Position numbers and translations under genes: made by a program. 64,000 nucleotides of DNA, taken from positions 4,495,911-4,559,910 of the forward strand of contig CAJFCJ010000007.1 of assembly GCA_904063045.1 (NCBI GenBank). Direction: 5' to 3'. Positions 34,852 through 49,600 of the stretch are shown here, piece by piece (position 1 is the stretch's first letter; the number at the start of each line of letters is the position of its first letter). The DNA comes from Dimorphilus gyrociliatus (taxonomy: Eukaryota; Animalia; Annelida). The notes beneath the pieces were generated by a model. The model was not told where the DNA came from, did no database searches, and was given only the letters and a program-made list of their open reading frames with translations.

Positions 34852-37580
34852 ATGAGGAATTCACTTATAGTGATTCAATTAGCTTTTATTTGTGCTAGTT
34901 TGTCTCAAGATCAAGTTCTAGGAAGAACTTTGGCGCAGATAACGATAGATAATTTAATAAAAAGTAAAATAAAATGTTCTCCTGAAGGAGATATTCTAGC
35001 TAAATCTTACCAATGTCAAAGAGAAAGACGAGTGATATACGATTATTTAAATAAAAGAGTAAAATGGGCTGTTGAATGTAAGTAATCGATGTTTTGCATA
35101 TTTTCATTCATATGCTACATTTCTTTATAATTTCAATTTCGTTTGATAAATTGTTAAATATCTATTCTCTATGTTCTTTTCATTTTATAGTAGAAGAATC
35201 TCACGGTAGTGGTCTATACTGGCCTAAAGTTAATAAATGGCTGGGCGATTATGATAAATGTATAAAGATATCTGAAAACATAAGCAATCATTCAAGTTTT
35301 GAGATTATTAAAGGCCATTATACACTTATTTCAATTTATGATTCAAGCTTGATAAATGAAACTCAATCAATGGCGTCCTATCAAATCGCAATTTGCGCAA
35401 CACCAAAATGTTATGCTTTATTAAAGTCTATAGAAGGTAAATCAATGAAGAAATTACTAATTTATTTGCAGTTTGAATACCAAATATAAATATACTTCAA
35501 TCTATATTGAATATTTATTATTAATCAGGTAACTTTAGCTGTAAGTACCAAAGTACTAAATCATACTTGATATCAGTTGAAAAGAAATTAAAATCATGGA
35601 AAGATGATATTAAACCAGTTGTTGCAGTGTAAAATATCTATATTACTTTTCTATATATTACGTAATTAACTCTTACTTTTTCTTTTTTAATATAAAGAAC
35701 TATTTTTACTGTTTTGATTTGCCTAATTATTGCATCAACAATTATGGATTATTGTTATCTATTTAAATTAAGAAGGAAGAAACCATCTGCAGATGCTAGG
35801 AAACAAACATTTTCGACAATAACATGTAAATAACAAAACTAAATGCGTATTATATAACTATTTTTATTTTTAAATGTATTATATCAGATAAGATATTACT
35901 ACCGTTCAATTGTTTTTCACTTATTCAAAATATACAAATACTCTTCAATCTCGATCTTCCATCTCAACACGTTTCCTCAATTCATGGGATAAGATTTATA
36001 ACTATCACATGGATAGTTTTGAATTTCGTCTATCGTTCATCTCTAAGTGCTATGGGTATATTATATTAATTAAAGAACAGTTGTAGGAAATATAGATATA
36101 CTATATATCTTTTTGTAAAAAGGTAATAATATTAAAATACCTGCCGAAGAATATATTACGTTTGTACCAGTTAAATATTCTCAATTGGCTTTTGATACTT
36201 TTCTTGTAATAACTGGATTTTTAGTGGCATATAATATATTATATAAATTAACGTCATCTAACAAATCTAAAGTGCAATTGATATTATTCTATATAGTAAA
36301 TCGTTTATGGAGAATACTACCAGCTCTTGGAGCAACTCTATTGTTTTATACATTTGTTTTTCCAAGATTAAAGACAGGTCCTGCCCAAATGCAAGAAATG
36401 ATTGATTATTCAAAAACTGATAAAGAATTTTGCGAAAGTTATTGGTGGAGAACTTTATTATTTATTAATAATTTCTTTCCAGTTAAAGAGATTGTTAGTA
36501 ATTTAATAATTGTCTTAATTAATTAAGTATTGATTTATCGATTGAACTCTTTTTAAAGTGTATGAAACAAACATGGTTTCTGGGCGTCGAAATGCAATTA
36601 TATTTCATCTTTGGTATTCCCTTGTTTCTTTTTCTATTGTAAGTATAAAAATTATATAAAGAATTTAATTATTGATGCCTTTATGTTTTAAATATATAGA
36701 ACTCCTTATTTGACATTCTTTCTCATCCTTCTCCTATTATCTGTACATATCGTAACGAACTCTGTTATTTTAGATCAATTTGTGTAAGTTATATTAATAT
36801 TATATCTTAATTGTTCTATCTTCTACTTTCTTGTAACTTTTAGCTTCGAGAAAAATAATATACTGAACGTCGATGATTATCATAATAAAATATACGTTAA
36901 ACCATACACAAGAATTGGACCATACGCTCTTGGTTCTTTAATTGGTTTTCTAGTAATTAAATTTAAAAACATTAAATTACACTTTCTATGGGCAGTCGTA
37001 GGTTGGATTTTATCAATTGGAACTGGTCTTACAATGCTGTATTTAGTCTGGTTGGATATACAACCCAATAAAGAACCTTGGAAAAAGAGTGAATATTTAA
37101 TCTATGAAACATTGAAAAGGCCTGCATGGAGTTTATGTATTTGTTGGGTAATATGGGCATGTAACTCTGGACACGGCTGGATTATCAATAGTTTCCTCTC
37201 CTTTAAATTCTTTATTCCATTGAATCGTTTAGGCTATAGTATATTCTTAGTTTATCAATTTGCAGTAGTATTTCTATATTCAGCTATAAAATACGATCGA
37301 ATATTTAACACTACTGAAATGGTAATTATTAGTATCTTTTAATTATATGCTAAAATTAATTATATATGTTAAAGAAATCCTCCGTATCCTATTCTTACTC
37401 TCATTCTTTCGCATACAGATATTCGACTTTCTAAGTTGTATGACTGTATCAATAGTGGTTGCAGTATTTTTCTGTATATGCGTTGAGCTACCCTTCTTAA
37501 ACTTAAAGGATTGCTTGTTCAATAGGGATAGATTGAGGAGAAGATTTCTGGAAGAAACTGTAGATCAAACAACAATTTAA
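34852..37580 (+). CDS. NRF-6/O-acyltransferase-like protein, paralogue 2
   Basis: Signal peptide; NRF domain (KWAVE..ESHGSG...WLGDYDKC); IHGIRF; AFDTFLVITGFLVAY; NRLWRILP; CESYWWRTLLFINNF; TWFLGVEMQLY; YVKPYTRIGPY; FFIPLNRLGYS. Confidence 0.9.
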
Positions 37581-38244
37581 TAGATTATATTAATTTGTAT
37601 ACAATAAACTGTATAAACTGTAAAAAATACACATCCTACAGTAAATATATACAGTATATATGTATATATATTTATAAATATGTTGCCAAATTTGCGAACC
37701 AAATGAAAGATAATAGACTAATTAATTCTAATAATTTAAATAATGAATTATTAATAATAACAATAATAGAAGACAACAAAACTGTATATATATATATATA
37801 TATACTGAATATACAGCATATATTATATATGTTTCCTTTTCTAGTTACATTAATAAAATATTCAAAACATATCAATGTATTTCTCTTGTAAATTGAAGGA
37901 ACAACTAAGGAAGATTAAATGTATTATTATTTTTTATTGTTTTTATGTTAATAGTATAGAATAGGATTAATTAAATTTAACTATTTAAAACTAAATAGTT
38001 AAAGAGTTAATAGCTTATTTAAAAAAAAATAAAAAAGAAATAATCTTTTCTGTATGTATTTTAGCGTAATTTAGATATTTATGATTGTCTAATTTTCTGT
38101 AATTTACATTGTTATTTCGGAAATAGCTCATTTTCTATGAGGATTATATAAACTTCGAATCATGGAAAAGTTATTTCAAATAACTCTTAGCTTTCTTTCT
38201 CTTATAATTCATTGTTTTGAATTGAAAAAAGAAGACAAATTATT

Positions 38245-38646
38245 ATGAAAAAGTCGATTATTTTACTTGTTTGCCTTGTAGCCATGTCGGTAAGTTTCTT
38301 ACAAATTAATGTTTGAATATAAAGAAATAAATAAATATATTAATATTTTTAGATGGCTTTAAAAAGGAGCGATAATAAGAGATCAAGATCTCTATTAAGA
38401 AGATTTTTAACAAATAGCAACAATCTTGCAAAGAGAGCTGAATGCAGTGACGATTATGATTGTTTTTCTGAAGCTGACGATGAGTGGTCATATTGCGGTG
38501 ATAATGGACAGTGCGTTAACGTCTCTGTTAATGGCTCCGAAGAACATTCTGCTTGTGAAAGTGATGATGAATGCTTTAGCGAATTAGCTAATGTTTGGGC
38601 TTATTGCGGAGAAAATGGTCGTTGTGTTTATACCGAAGAATCATAA
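38245..38646 (+). CDS. Small secreted prepropeptide with two tandem acidic C-x5-C-x10-C-x5-C repeats
   Basis: Exon 1 38245-38289 (MKKSIILLVCLVAMS), phase-0 intron, exon 2 38353-38646. Basic pro-region ends in KR, followed by a 69-aa mature region with 8 Cys. Confidence 0.85.
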
Positions 38647-38784
38647 CGTTGATCTTATAAACAAAATATAAGTATAAATTTGAATAGTTCTATGAAATAT
38701 AATAGAGTTTTAGTTTAGAAACTGATTAAATATATTATCAAAGCGAAATAGTACTACTGTTACTTTGGTCTACAGGATTTATAA

Positions 38785-41013
38785 TCAGAGATTATCTGAT
38801 TTATTAGTGTTTGCCTTCATTCTTTCATTCATTTCGTGCTTTTCTTCTTCAATATCTTTGAATGAACACTTAAAAATCGACCAGGCAGTCTGCCTTGATT
38901 TACGCTTTTCCTCTTCATTTAAACTGTAAGGCATATGGAGGATATCTTCGATCGTTGACGGCAACTCTCTTCCCATAGTTTCTGGTAGGAGAAGAACAAA
39001 GAACCCCGCTGACAGGCTAACAAATCCAAAAATAGTCGTGGGTATCCAATACTTTGTTATGTCTAGATTCGACTGTTGTATATTAGATAGAAAAAAATCA
39101 GAATAATAGATATTATTGTATTTGCTTCTATTTAACAACTAATTACCGATAGTAAGGAGAGAGGAGATAATACTGCTCCAATATTACCTACACCAGCTAC
39201 AATACCTATTCCAGTTGATCTCATAAATGTAGGAAAGATCTCTTGAACATAGACAAGTATTACGCAACATGCAGACGTAATACATAATTTACCCAAGATT
39301 GTAAAGGCAGTTACACACAGGAATTTATTTTCTGTACCAATAATAGTTTCCAGTTGAGTAACCGTATTAAAGATAACAGCGATAAAGAGAAAGATAGATG
39401 ACGTAAAAAAGAACGTCATAATTGGATATCGTCTACCGTATATACTAACGGCAATAACCGCCATAGCTACACTGATTACCTCTACGATGGTTAATATGAA
39501 AAAATTCAAGTAAGGATCTCCAGCGAGTGCTCCACTCATTAAATTTAAACCATAATAAACCAAATTGTTAGCTTTGTATGCAAAACACATAGCCGCAGTA
39601 TACATAAGTAGTTTTGGTTGTTTGAAATAATTCCACATGATCTGCTTCCTGTATCATTATCATTATTATTATTATTATTAAATAGCTTCTTATTAATATA
39701 GAGAGACAATTTCTTTGATTACGAAAATAAATAAACTCTTCCTTTTACCTCTCAGTCATATTTGGAATTGAATCGGATTTGTCATATAGAATATGCCTAG
39801 GAACTGGGTCAAGCTTGTTAAACCTAGCAGCTTTATCCAATAATTTTTCTACTTCTGCATAACGACCTTTAGATATTAGCCACCTCCAACTTTCGGGACA
39901 GAATGGATAATATAGCAATGTGATAAGAGGTGGTATTGAAAATGCAAATTGTAGATGTCGCCAATTAGGAAAGATAAAAGCCCATAGTGATAATAAACTT
40001 GTACCAATAGCAAAAAACACGTAAATTAGAGGAGACAAAATCGATCTTGTATCTTTCGGGAAGAGCTCGCATGCAATAACAAAGCCTGCTAAGTTGTTTG
40101 CCATAGAAAAGCCACCAGTTAAAAATTGAAACGAGCAAAATGACAGTAAATTTGGGCTGAATGCCATTGCTAGCCCGCAAATACCCATCGCAAATTGACA
40201 TAGAAAGAATAACTTTTTACGACCAAAATAATCGCCAAACGGGGGGCAGAGTGCAGCTCCAACAGATATACCTGCTGTAAAAACAACCTGCGACCAAGAG
40301 ACCCACATTTCGTTTTTGCATACAAGATTCCATTCTTGTTGAATAGTTGTAACTTTGTCACCATTAGTATAGCCATTTAACGATGGGTGGTAAACGAAAT
40401 GACTGCATTCTATCTTTTCCTTTTTACTGTAAAAGTAGGTAATATTTCCTACGGTCTGATTAAATTGATTGGGAATAATTTCGACAACATCTGAAGAATT
40501 AATCTCCTTGATGAGCTTGTATTGTTCGCAAGCCGAATTCGGTTGAGTTTTAGGAGAGAATCCATCACTGGGCCTTGGAAAGCAAGAGAAACGTAAGGGT
40601 ACACTTGGACCTAGCAAAGAAAAAAAAATAAAGGAAAAACGAAAATACACAAAGCAATTTGATATTATCGAAAAGTTAATCTCCTGAATATTAAAAGGAT
40701 GGAATAAAGAGTATTTAGAATATCTAAAAAATGTGTACCCAACTTTCTTTGTCATATGAACAATAACTTGTTGTTTTAAAGACAAAGAAATTCCCAAAAA
40801 GATATTTAAAACAAGTTACAATGGAAAGGTTATAGAAATTTTATCTCAATTAAATATTAAGCAGATGTGTTTCTTAAATAACGAACCTTCAAAGACAATT
40901 CCGTACAATTGCCATGTCGTTGGAAGATTCATTGAAACAACTATTATCAAATATGTAATTACTTGATACGGGCCACAACGTCCTAAATAGATCATAGCTT
41001 CTTCAAGACCCAT
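38785..41013 (-). CDS. SLC22-family organic cation/anion transporter (MFS)
   Basis: LGRCGPYQ, EWNLVCKN.W, GDYFGRK, PESWRWLISKGR..E, QEIFPTFMRSTG, LPETMGRELPSTIED. Four coding exons phased by hand. Confidence 0.93.
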
Positions 41014-42106
41014 TTCAAAGAACGTTTCTTTGTCTTCTCTGTTCGGTTCGCCTTTTCAATTGTAAATAACAATTAATTCAACCCAAAGCTCGCTTTATTT
41101 AACGTGAAATTGTAATGTGATATAAACAATGTTGAACAAAGATAATAAGGTACAGGTAAGTCAAAATATATGTAACAGTAGAATGTCAATAAATGGATAA
41201 GAAAGAGAAAAGAGTAACAATTTGATTTCAGCTTTATTTGTGGAATAGTTGGGGTGAAATGGATATATAATTTATATATATTAATAAAGAGTTTTACCTA
41301 CTTTTTGTCTTATTTGTTATTCTCTAGTTATTTTCAGTCATGATACTCTGTTTTACAAACGTCTTTAATTATCTTCCCTCTTTTTCTCTCTTTGAAATAT
41401 AGAGATATAGTACATGAAGATAATTTTTTTAACTTTCTACTATTTTGATGAAAGATGGCGCTGTATGTTAAATATTTTCTTAAAACTATACATAGAATAT
41501 CTACGTGGTATAATAAAGCAAATGAAATGAGCAGAGTAGTTGCCAGTAGGCTTGAAAAAGAAATATAAAAACAAAACAGATACAAATTGAGTAATTATAC
41601 CTTATTAATTAAGAATTTTTAAATCTAATAGATAAAGATCAGACAGGGGAAAATATACAAATCACTATTTTCAAAGAAGAAGAAAAAGATAAAATAAATG
41701 CTTGAAGGGTTTAGCACAGATTTTTTTTTGTATTAATTTTATAGATGTATAAGCGTCTCGTTTATTTGGTGTTTACAATCCTTGCTTTATTAGGAATGCT
41801 GTTTATAGGATTCCCTTGATTTTAGAGCAAACTAGCTTATTTCTTTTCATATATAAACCAAATTTGAATATTTACAGAGTATATATTGCGTGAGGAATTG
41901 TCGTATTTGTAGTATGGTCACTAATTCTATCTTATGCATCTTTTAAAAGAACCGTTTTAAAGCTTAATCATATAGTGTTACACAGAACCTTAGACGTAAT
42001 AATTGTTGATGAATTATTATAAATACTTGAAATAAATAAAATTCTCTTTCAATGAAATTTTACACTAAAAGATAAGTATTAAAACTGCTTAAAGATATTT
42101 TATCTA

Positions 42107-42137
<31 letters not shown>

Positions 42138-43666
42138 CCTTGTGCGCTCTATTTATTAATAAAAGACTAAGAATCACCCTGGAAAACTTATAAATTCTTT
42201 AAATACTTTTTAAAGAAGCTCTTAATACTTTACAAAAGAAACTTTCGATACTGATAATACAATTTACTATATTATACTATGTTGTTTCTATCATTGTTAT
42301 ACGTTGATGAAACTGCATATATAAGTTCATACAGTATATGTAAAGTATATAGATATTATAGAAACAGGCAATATGTTGTATTTATATACTGTATAGACAA
42401 GAAAAAAAAGAAATCGATGTTTTTGCTGACTAATCAAATTTTTATATTTTATGATTTATTAATAAATTATCTAGTTTTTTTTCTTTTTTATTTATAGAGA
42501 AAGAGAAAGAAATATTTTAAATGTGAATCACGTGATATAGAAATGTGAATAGAAAAGCAAAAAAAAGGATATAGAAAAGCATCTTTATATCAATTTCTCT
42601 TCATTTTTTTTCTCTCCAATTTTCTCGTTTCTCTCTTTTCTATTTATCCAACTCTCCGTCTATCTATCTATCTATCCATCTTTCCACTCTAGTCTCTCTC
42701 TATATATGGGCCTTGCTTCCTCTTTTTCTTGGTAAAGCTTCTTTGACATAACGTTGCCAGATAAATCATCACCGCTAATTACCCTACACACTAACAATTT
42801 TTCCAGATGCGAACCTTAATTTGTGAGTCGAAAGCAAAAATCGGTGATGCGGTATAATTTTATAGGCCTACGTATTTTCCCTACAATTCCCAGCGTATAG
42901 GTTGGTCACTGATTTCTAGAAATGCAAGTCTAAGCGTATATATTTCTATTGAACAGAACAAAAATATAAACAAGTTTCTCCTTTTTCCTCCGTACCGCCT
43001 CTTCTCTCTCTCTCTCTCTCTCTTTTGGCTAAAAGAGGAGTCGGTTTAGTGCGAATGGAACAGATGCGATTTTGACGGTATCATTCAACTATTGATAAGA
43101 TCAATGTTGACCTGATTTCTACTAATTTTCTTTAGATTATTTGCATTGGGAGGATATACTTACTTACTTTCGAGTAGTTTGTACGGTAACGCCTTCAAAA
43201 TTTTTCCACGATAATTGTTATACAATTTACTCTATTATCGCTCAATAATAATCTAAATTATTTTGTGAAAATAATAATATAAAATTATAAAAGTATTTTT
43301 ATTACTTATCTAAATTATTTAATAGCACAAGATCAGTATATTTGTTTTATAAATAGACATATTATTAAATATACGTAATTTAACTGTTAGAGAACGGCTT
43401 GCCGTCTGCAGTCAATGCAGAAACTTCACGTCGCTCAAGCGCTTGAGAGTAGTAACGTATAAACAATTATTGTTCATTATACCTAGTTAAATTGGGAAAT
43501 AAATAAAGAAGACAGAAATTGAAAATTGACAAGCAAACTCATTGATAAAATTAAAGTTTTAAACATATAGAGGAAAAAAAATGATTGACGGACAAACAGG
43601 TGTTTAGAGAAACTGGAAAAAACTGTTTTTACAAACAACAACTGTCCGACATTTATAGCGAAGAAA

Positions 43667-46600
43667 ATGCAGAATAATCATCTCTCTGAGTCCGATGATT
43701 CGGAACGGGATAGAAGGAGAGGATACCTTTCTAGAATGGATACAGAGGTTCGCTCTATAGAATTCTGGAGAGCAGTTATAAGCGAATGTATTGCAACGTT
43801 TTTCTACACCTTTTTTGTGTGCTTTAGTACTTTATGGACTAAAGAGGAAGATAGGGACGATTGTTCAGTTTTATACATTTCATTAGCCGCCGGCTTATGT
43901 ATGATGATGCTTCTTCAATGCTTCGGTCATGTATCTGGCGGTCATTTTAACCCAGCCGTAACGCTCCCGATGGTTTGTACTGGGAAGATAACGATTCTGA
44001 GGGGAATCTGTTACATAATCTCTCAATGTGGGGGTGCTATCGCCGGCGCGGCCGCTTTATACGGGTAAGTCCACATTATTATGTTACTTTGTTACCATAG
44101 CAATATATTCTTATTAACCTTTGTAATTGATAAAGATTCTGATACTTTTCAGTTATTCATTATATGTAGACTGTAGTAATTTCTTTTACCGGAAGTTGTT
44201 TCCTCGCTCACGAATTAAATCCAATTATCAGGTGGATAGTTGTTTCTTTGTTACGGGTTTTGCCACTTGGAAAAAATAGTAACGTACAGCTTGTTATACG
44301 ATATAAAGTGTCTCTCATAAAGCTGTGATAGGGCCCCTTTTATATAGAATTTTTGATCGATGTTTATGCATTATAGCTCGTAATGCCGCAACTTTTCGGG
44401 TTTCGTAAGCCGGAGAACATTAAGAATGCATTAAAGAGTATGAGTGAAGGGTTGAGAAAATTATATAGGAGCATTTTAAAGCTCAGAGTATAATTCCCTA
44501 TTCCTCAGAGCTATTGAGAGAAATGTTATGTTTCTTAAGGTCATATAGTATAAATGGTTTTATATTTTATTTATTTATCTTTTAGCTGTTTCTGTACTCA
44601 CAACAAAAATAATAAAATAATAGTGAACAAAGAGATAAACAAGATACATATGTCTCTATCCTATATACAGTATGCATAGTATTATACATTTAACAGAAAG
44701 GGAAATTCCCTTAACTCTCCTTTATTCATTTGCATAGATAAAACGAAACATTAATTAAGGATTATGTAATAGTATTAGATTTTTCGTGGACAACTTTGAT
44801 AGTTTACCCTTTAGACAAGTCAAGAGTCAAGTCCCTATAGCTCTAATGAGCTATGGAATGTCCCTTAGGAAAAAGAGTAATTATGTATCTAACGCTCTTC
44901 AATTTCCAAAAAAAGAGGCGTTAAATAAGCACATTAAAGAGTGTTTTTCATTTATTTTTGTTGCCGTTTCTCTAATTTCTTTCCTTTATATTAGATTAAA
45001 AAGTTATTGAATTATTAAATTACCTACCAAATTCCATTAATATAAATTGATGGCATCTTAATTGCAGTTAGATTAACTAGCCGTTATGTACCAGCATTAG
45101 TTAATGATGCACATAAAAAACAACCTTGAAAATGCACGATATATAATTCGATATATTAAAGATTTATGTAGCAATAAAAGCCTTTAAGAATAAAGGGGGC
45201 GGATTCTGTCTACTTGAATATACATTGTATGCATTAAAGTGACAAATCCACCCATCCCGCCCTCGCTTTTTGTCTTTTTAACCCCTCCGCCAGCCCCGTC
45301 TCCAACGCCCCTTTGTCGCTTAACAATAATTCAGAGAGAACAAGATCTGACATATCTTCCATCACGCTATTCTGACTTTTTGAGTCATGTCGTCTCGTCA
45401 AACTAACTTTCGTGTTACACAGATTACTTTTTTTTTCTATATATTCATTTCTGATTTGAATACTTTATGCAAATTAAATAGCGTAATTACATTAAAAAGT
45501 CACGCAATAAGCGATAATCTTTAGAGACGCGCCATTTTATTTCTATAGTATCTTATATAATGTATTAAAAAAAGAAATATATACAGTATATCTATATTAT
45601 TGATAAATGAAATTGAAAAATGACACCTAAGCCTTTTTCTTTTACACAAGCACGCAAACCACTCTGAATAATGATACTCTTATTAATATCCATCGTTTCC
45701 TATACTTCAAATAACGAAGTATATCTAATATTTGCAGTAGACTGGTAAAAGCAATTAATGTATAATAATAGCTGAAAGTGTAGTTAGTTTAGCTTATCTT
45801 GATAGGAATGAACTCGTTTAAACTTTTGCCAGAGTGTTTGTAAAGATAGTTTGCTTTCTTTGCTCTTCATATGAAAAGTATATGTAAAAGAAAAATAATA
45901 CCAGTTAACTTAACACTTTAGCATTCTTCCGTATAATCTCATGATAAAGTAGCTATGCAAAAGATTCCATTATAGTATACAATATAGAAGAGAGAGAGAA
46001 GAAAGCACTTTCTTTATCTTCTCTTCTTTCCGTAGTATAAATTATATATATACTGTATATATATTTATCCATTAAAATTGTTATTTAATTTATTGTTAAC
46101 ATTACTTTCGTATAATTATTCATAGCTTATCTCTTCGGATATCTTTCATTGTATTGTTAATTTAATATTATCAGGTGAATAGGCTCAATTTTACAATCTT
46201 TATTATATAACTTATATAAAAATTTAGTGTAGGATGAAAAGGAAGACAAAAAAGCTAAGTTAACCTTGATATTTCGATTTGTTGACAATAAAAAATAGAG
46301 AGGGGTCGAAAGTTTAAATTTATCGTTATAACCCATTAATTTGTTAAAAGCGTATGAACTAACAAGGTAACGCTCTATGGTGCAGTTTGCCAATCTATTC
46401 AGTAGCTAGGCTAAACAAATTAATTTGTCAACATGGAAAGTAATTTTATAGTATCCATTGTGACGTTTACAAGGAGCCGAATCAGCATTAGGCGCTCATC
46501 TAATCATTCACTCTTTCCGTGACTGAAGCTCCCAGCTTTTAATTAATTTTTTCCTTAAGATCGTACGGGCAAATGATATAAGACAATTTTCTTTCTCTTT

Positions 46601-49600
46601 TAACCAAGTAGAAAGAATTCTCGCGTATTTGTCATACTGACGAAAAGCCAACAGTCTTCAACCGTCACTTGAAAGTAACACTGCGACGATCGCCAATAAA
46701 ACGGCAAATTCGCCGGGGGCGAGAAAAAACGGCGCTAAACTGCAAAAATTTCTATAGGCAATTCGTTCTTGCATTACGATCACGTAAAATGGACGGCTTG
46801 ATTGAGAAATAAATCAGACTACTGCAAAATGCTGTCACGCTAGATGAACTGTAACGTTTATAATCATACGGAGAATATACGACTGTTGCGGTTTTTTGTG
46901 TTCAATATCCGTACACATATTAAAATCAACGATGAGCTTTGCGGGAGGCAGTAAAACAAACAATTCTCAATTTTATTCCCCCTATTCAAAACGGTTGTAA
47001 AGCAAACAAACAAGCGGAGTTAACATTCGCTTACAAAGTGACGCCTTTTCTTTACGGAGATGCAGCTGTTTCACTCGATTTCCTACTTTACTTATAGCCG
47101 ATAGATTTTAGAAAAGAGATCCTTAACAGTAATTCTATTAGAATATTAATACACTTGCAAGGACAGACTTCATTGAAAAAAAATTAAATATAGCTGCAGT
47201 CTATATTCAATCTATTGCTGTATTCTTTCCATATCCGGTAGGTTATTTTTCATTTTGATGGATCTTCTTGACCCTTTTTATTCTGATGAATACATAGGGA
47301 GAAAAGTTTGTCATCCGTGCGAAAAATTCTCTTTAGGGCTATAAAAATATTTAATGAATATTTTATGTCATATTATTAATGAACAAGTTTATCCTTTTTT
47401 TAGCCCGATAGCTTTTTCCTCTCTCTTTTTCTTTCTTTCTCTGTCATTCCCCCTCCCCCCATCCTTCCACTTTTAGTTATTCCATAGTTCTTTTTAGCTG
47501 TATTATTATTATTATTATTATCCAATTTGTTTCTCTTACCCGGTCTTCCAAGGCACTTCTTGTGACTCTGGTTTTTAAAAAATTGATTTTTAAAAGTCGA
47601 CTGGATTCGTTCTATTATTTTGCTGACGACCGATTCAAATTGTCGATTTGTGGTTGGCCTAATTCATCAAAGTCACAAGACGACGTAATTAGTCGAAGGT
47701 GACTGACTCTGAATAACAATTTTTTTCTGTTTGTTTTATCAGCACTATTCCACTGTCTGTTATATTTTTTAGTCAGGAGATAAATAGGATAGAAACTTTG
47801 GGAAGGCAGCGAGAGAAAGGGTAGAAAGAGTTTTAGAGAAAGAAAAAAAGGGAAAATGACAGAACAGAGACAGAGAGAGAAAGAGTGAATAAAAGTAAAT
47901 AAAATTGATGAATAAAGAGTGTTTTCTTCATATTTCCCTTTTTCAAATCAATAATACTCCTCTTTTTTCTCAGTGACCGATAGCGTCAGATTTTACGTCC
48001 AGATTTCTATATAGCATTTGCACAAATTACTAGCGTCAATCATTTTTTCGCTACGTTTCCTTTGTGTTGGAAATGAAGGAAGATTCTACTCTACAAATAT
48101 ACGTAATATAATGTATTATTCGACGCCTCCCTTTAAGGCAGGCCTATAAAGGAATTATTTGTAAAAAATAAAAAACGTAGTTTATATTTCTTTATAAAAT
48201 TTTTTGTATTTTTCTAATCGTTCCTTATTTGGTCTGAACCAAAAAGAATAAAAATTGGTTGTAGCTTTTTGAAGTTTCGTCCTGCTCCATCAAAGTCTTA
48301 ACAAAAGCATTAGGATTTAGGGAATATCTTTTAAGCTTATCATGGATTTAGAATCCTTTCTTATTCTCTCTTTTCCGAAGATTTCTTTCAATTATTCCTT
48401 TTCTTTCACCATTCTAACTAAACGCTGATAAAGCTTGTCAAAATTTTATTTGATTTTTTCTTTTGTCATTCACTCTCATGAATATTCATGGACTATTTAT
48501 TTAACCTTTTCATTCGTGCAAAGAGATAAGGTTTATAAACTACGATAAGGTAATAAAATAAATTAGTATAACCCTTGGTATTTGATTATGGGCAATAAGG
48601 AGACATTTAGTTTCAAGAGACCATCCTTCTTGTTTAGTGTGGGTGAACGGCTATTACCAGTACCCAATATTGATTTTTTTGTAGCGTCTAATAATTGCTT
48701 TCTATCCTCCTTAGTGAGGAATTGAAAATGGATTTTTATATAGGATTAACAGCCCTAAGAATATTAGAAATAATTATTCATTACAAAAGGAATTTTGATT
48801 CTCTTCATTAATCGTTTTAATTATAGTCGCTAATGTAGTTCAATGAGCTATCTTAACAATAAATAGGATAATACTAATTAGTATAAATATGTGTAAATAT
48901 CGACGATTCCTTACCTTTATATATACTGTATTTATATTATATATACAGTATATAAAAAGATAAAAAAAGCAAAGAAAACAAAATAAAACGTTTATTTACT
49001 TTCCATTTGTTATTATCCATCTTTTCGTCACAGTTAATAGGGAAAAGGTGACGCTTTTTAGCTGCTCTATTCGAAAGGCCTAGACATATTCTAGGATTGA
49101 TAGGTTTTTCTTGGAAAAAATTTGTGCTACTTTTCAAGCAAACTAATAGACGAAATTGCCTGAAAAAGCTTGAAATCTTATCATTAGACAATAGAAATTT
49201 TTCTCGTGTCCGAGGTAAAATCGGCTACCGCAACATCTATTTATTTGGTAAATAGGCGTTAATTAGGTCGGAAAGGTCTTTCTCCGCCTTTTAGGAAGCT
49301 TAGGTAAAAATCGTTTACAGTTGTAGACGTTATTTATCTGGTCAGCTCAATTACTTTAGCAAGGAATATAAATGGAAAACAGTTTAACCATATAACATCT
49401 CTTTACTTGACTATGAAAACAAACTGTTCTATCTAACGTTGCTTTATAATACAGAGTAGCTATGTAGGCTGAGAGAGAAAGAGCAAGATGGAGAGAGATG
49501 CGTGCTACACCTCTCCAAATCAAAAACGTATAGTTTTCAAGGGTTTCGACGCTCAAGTAGGTTGAGAGATTTTGCCCAGGCGCTTCTTTGAGTTGTTTGT

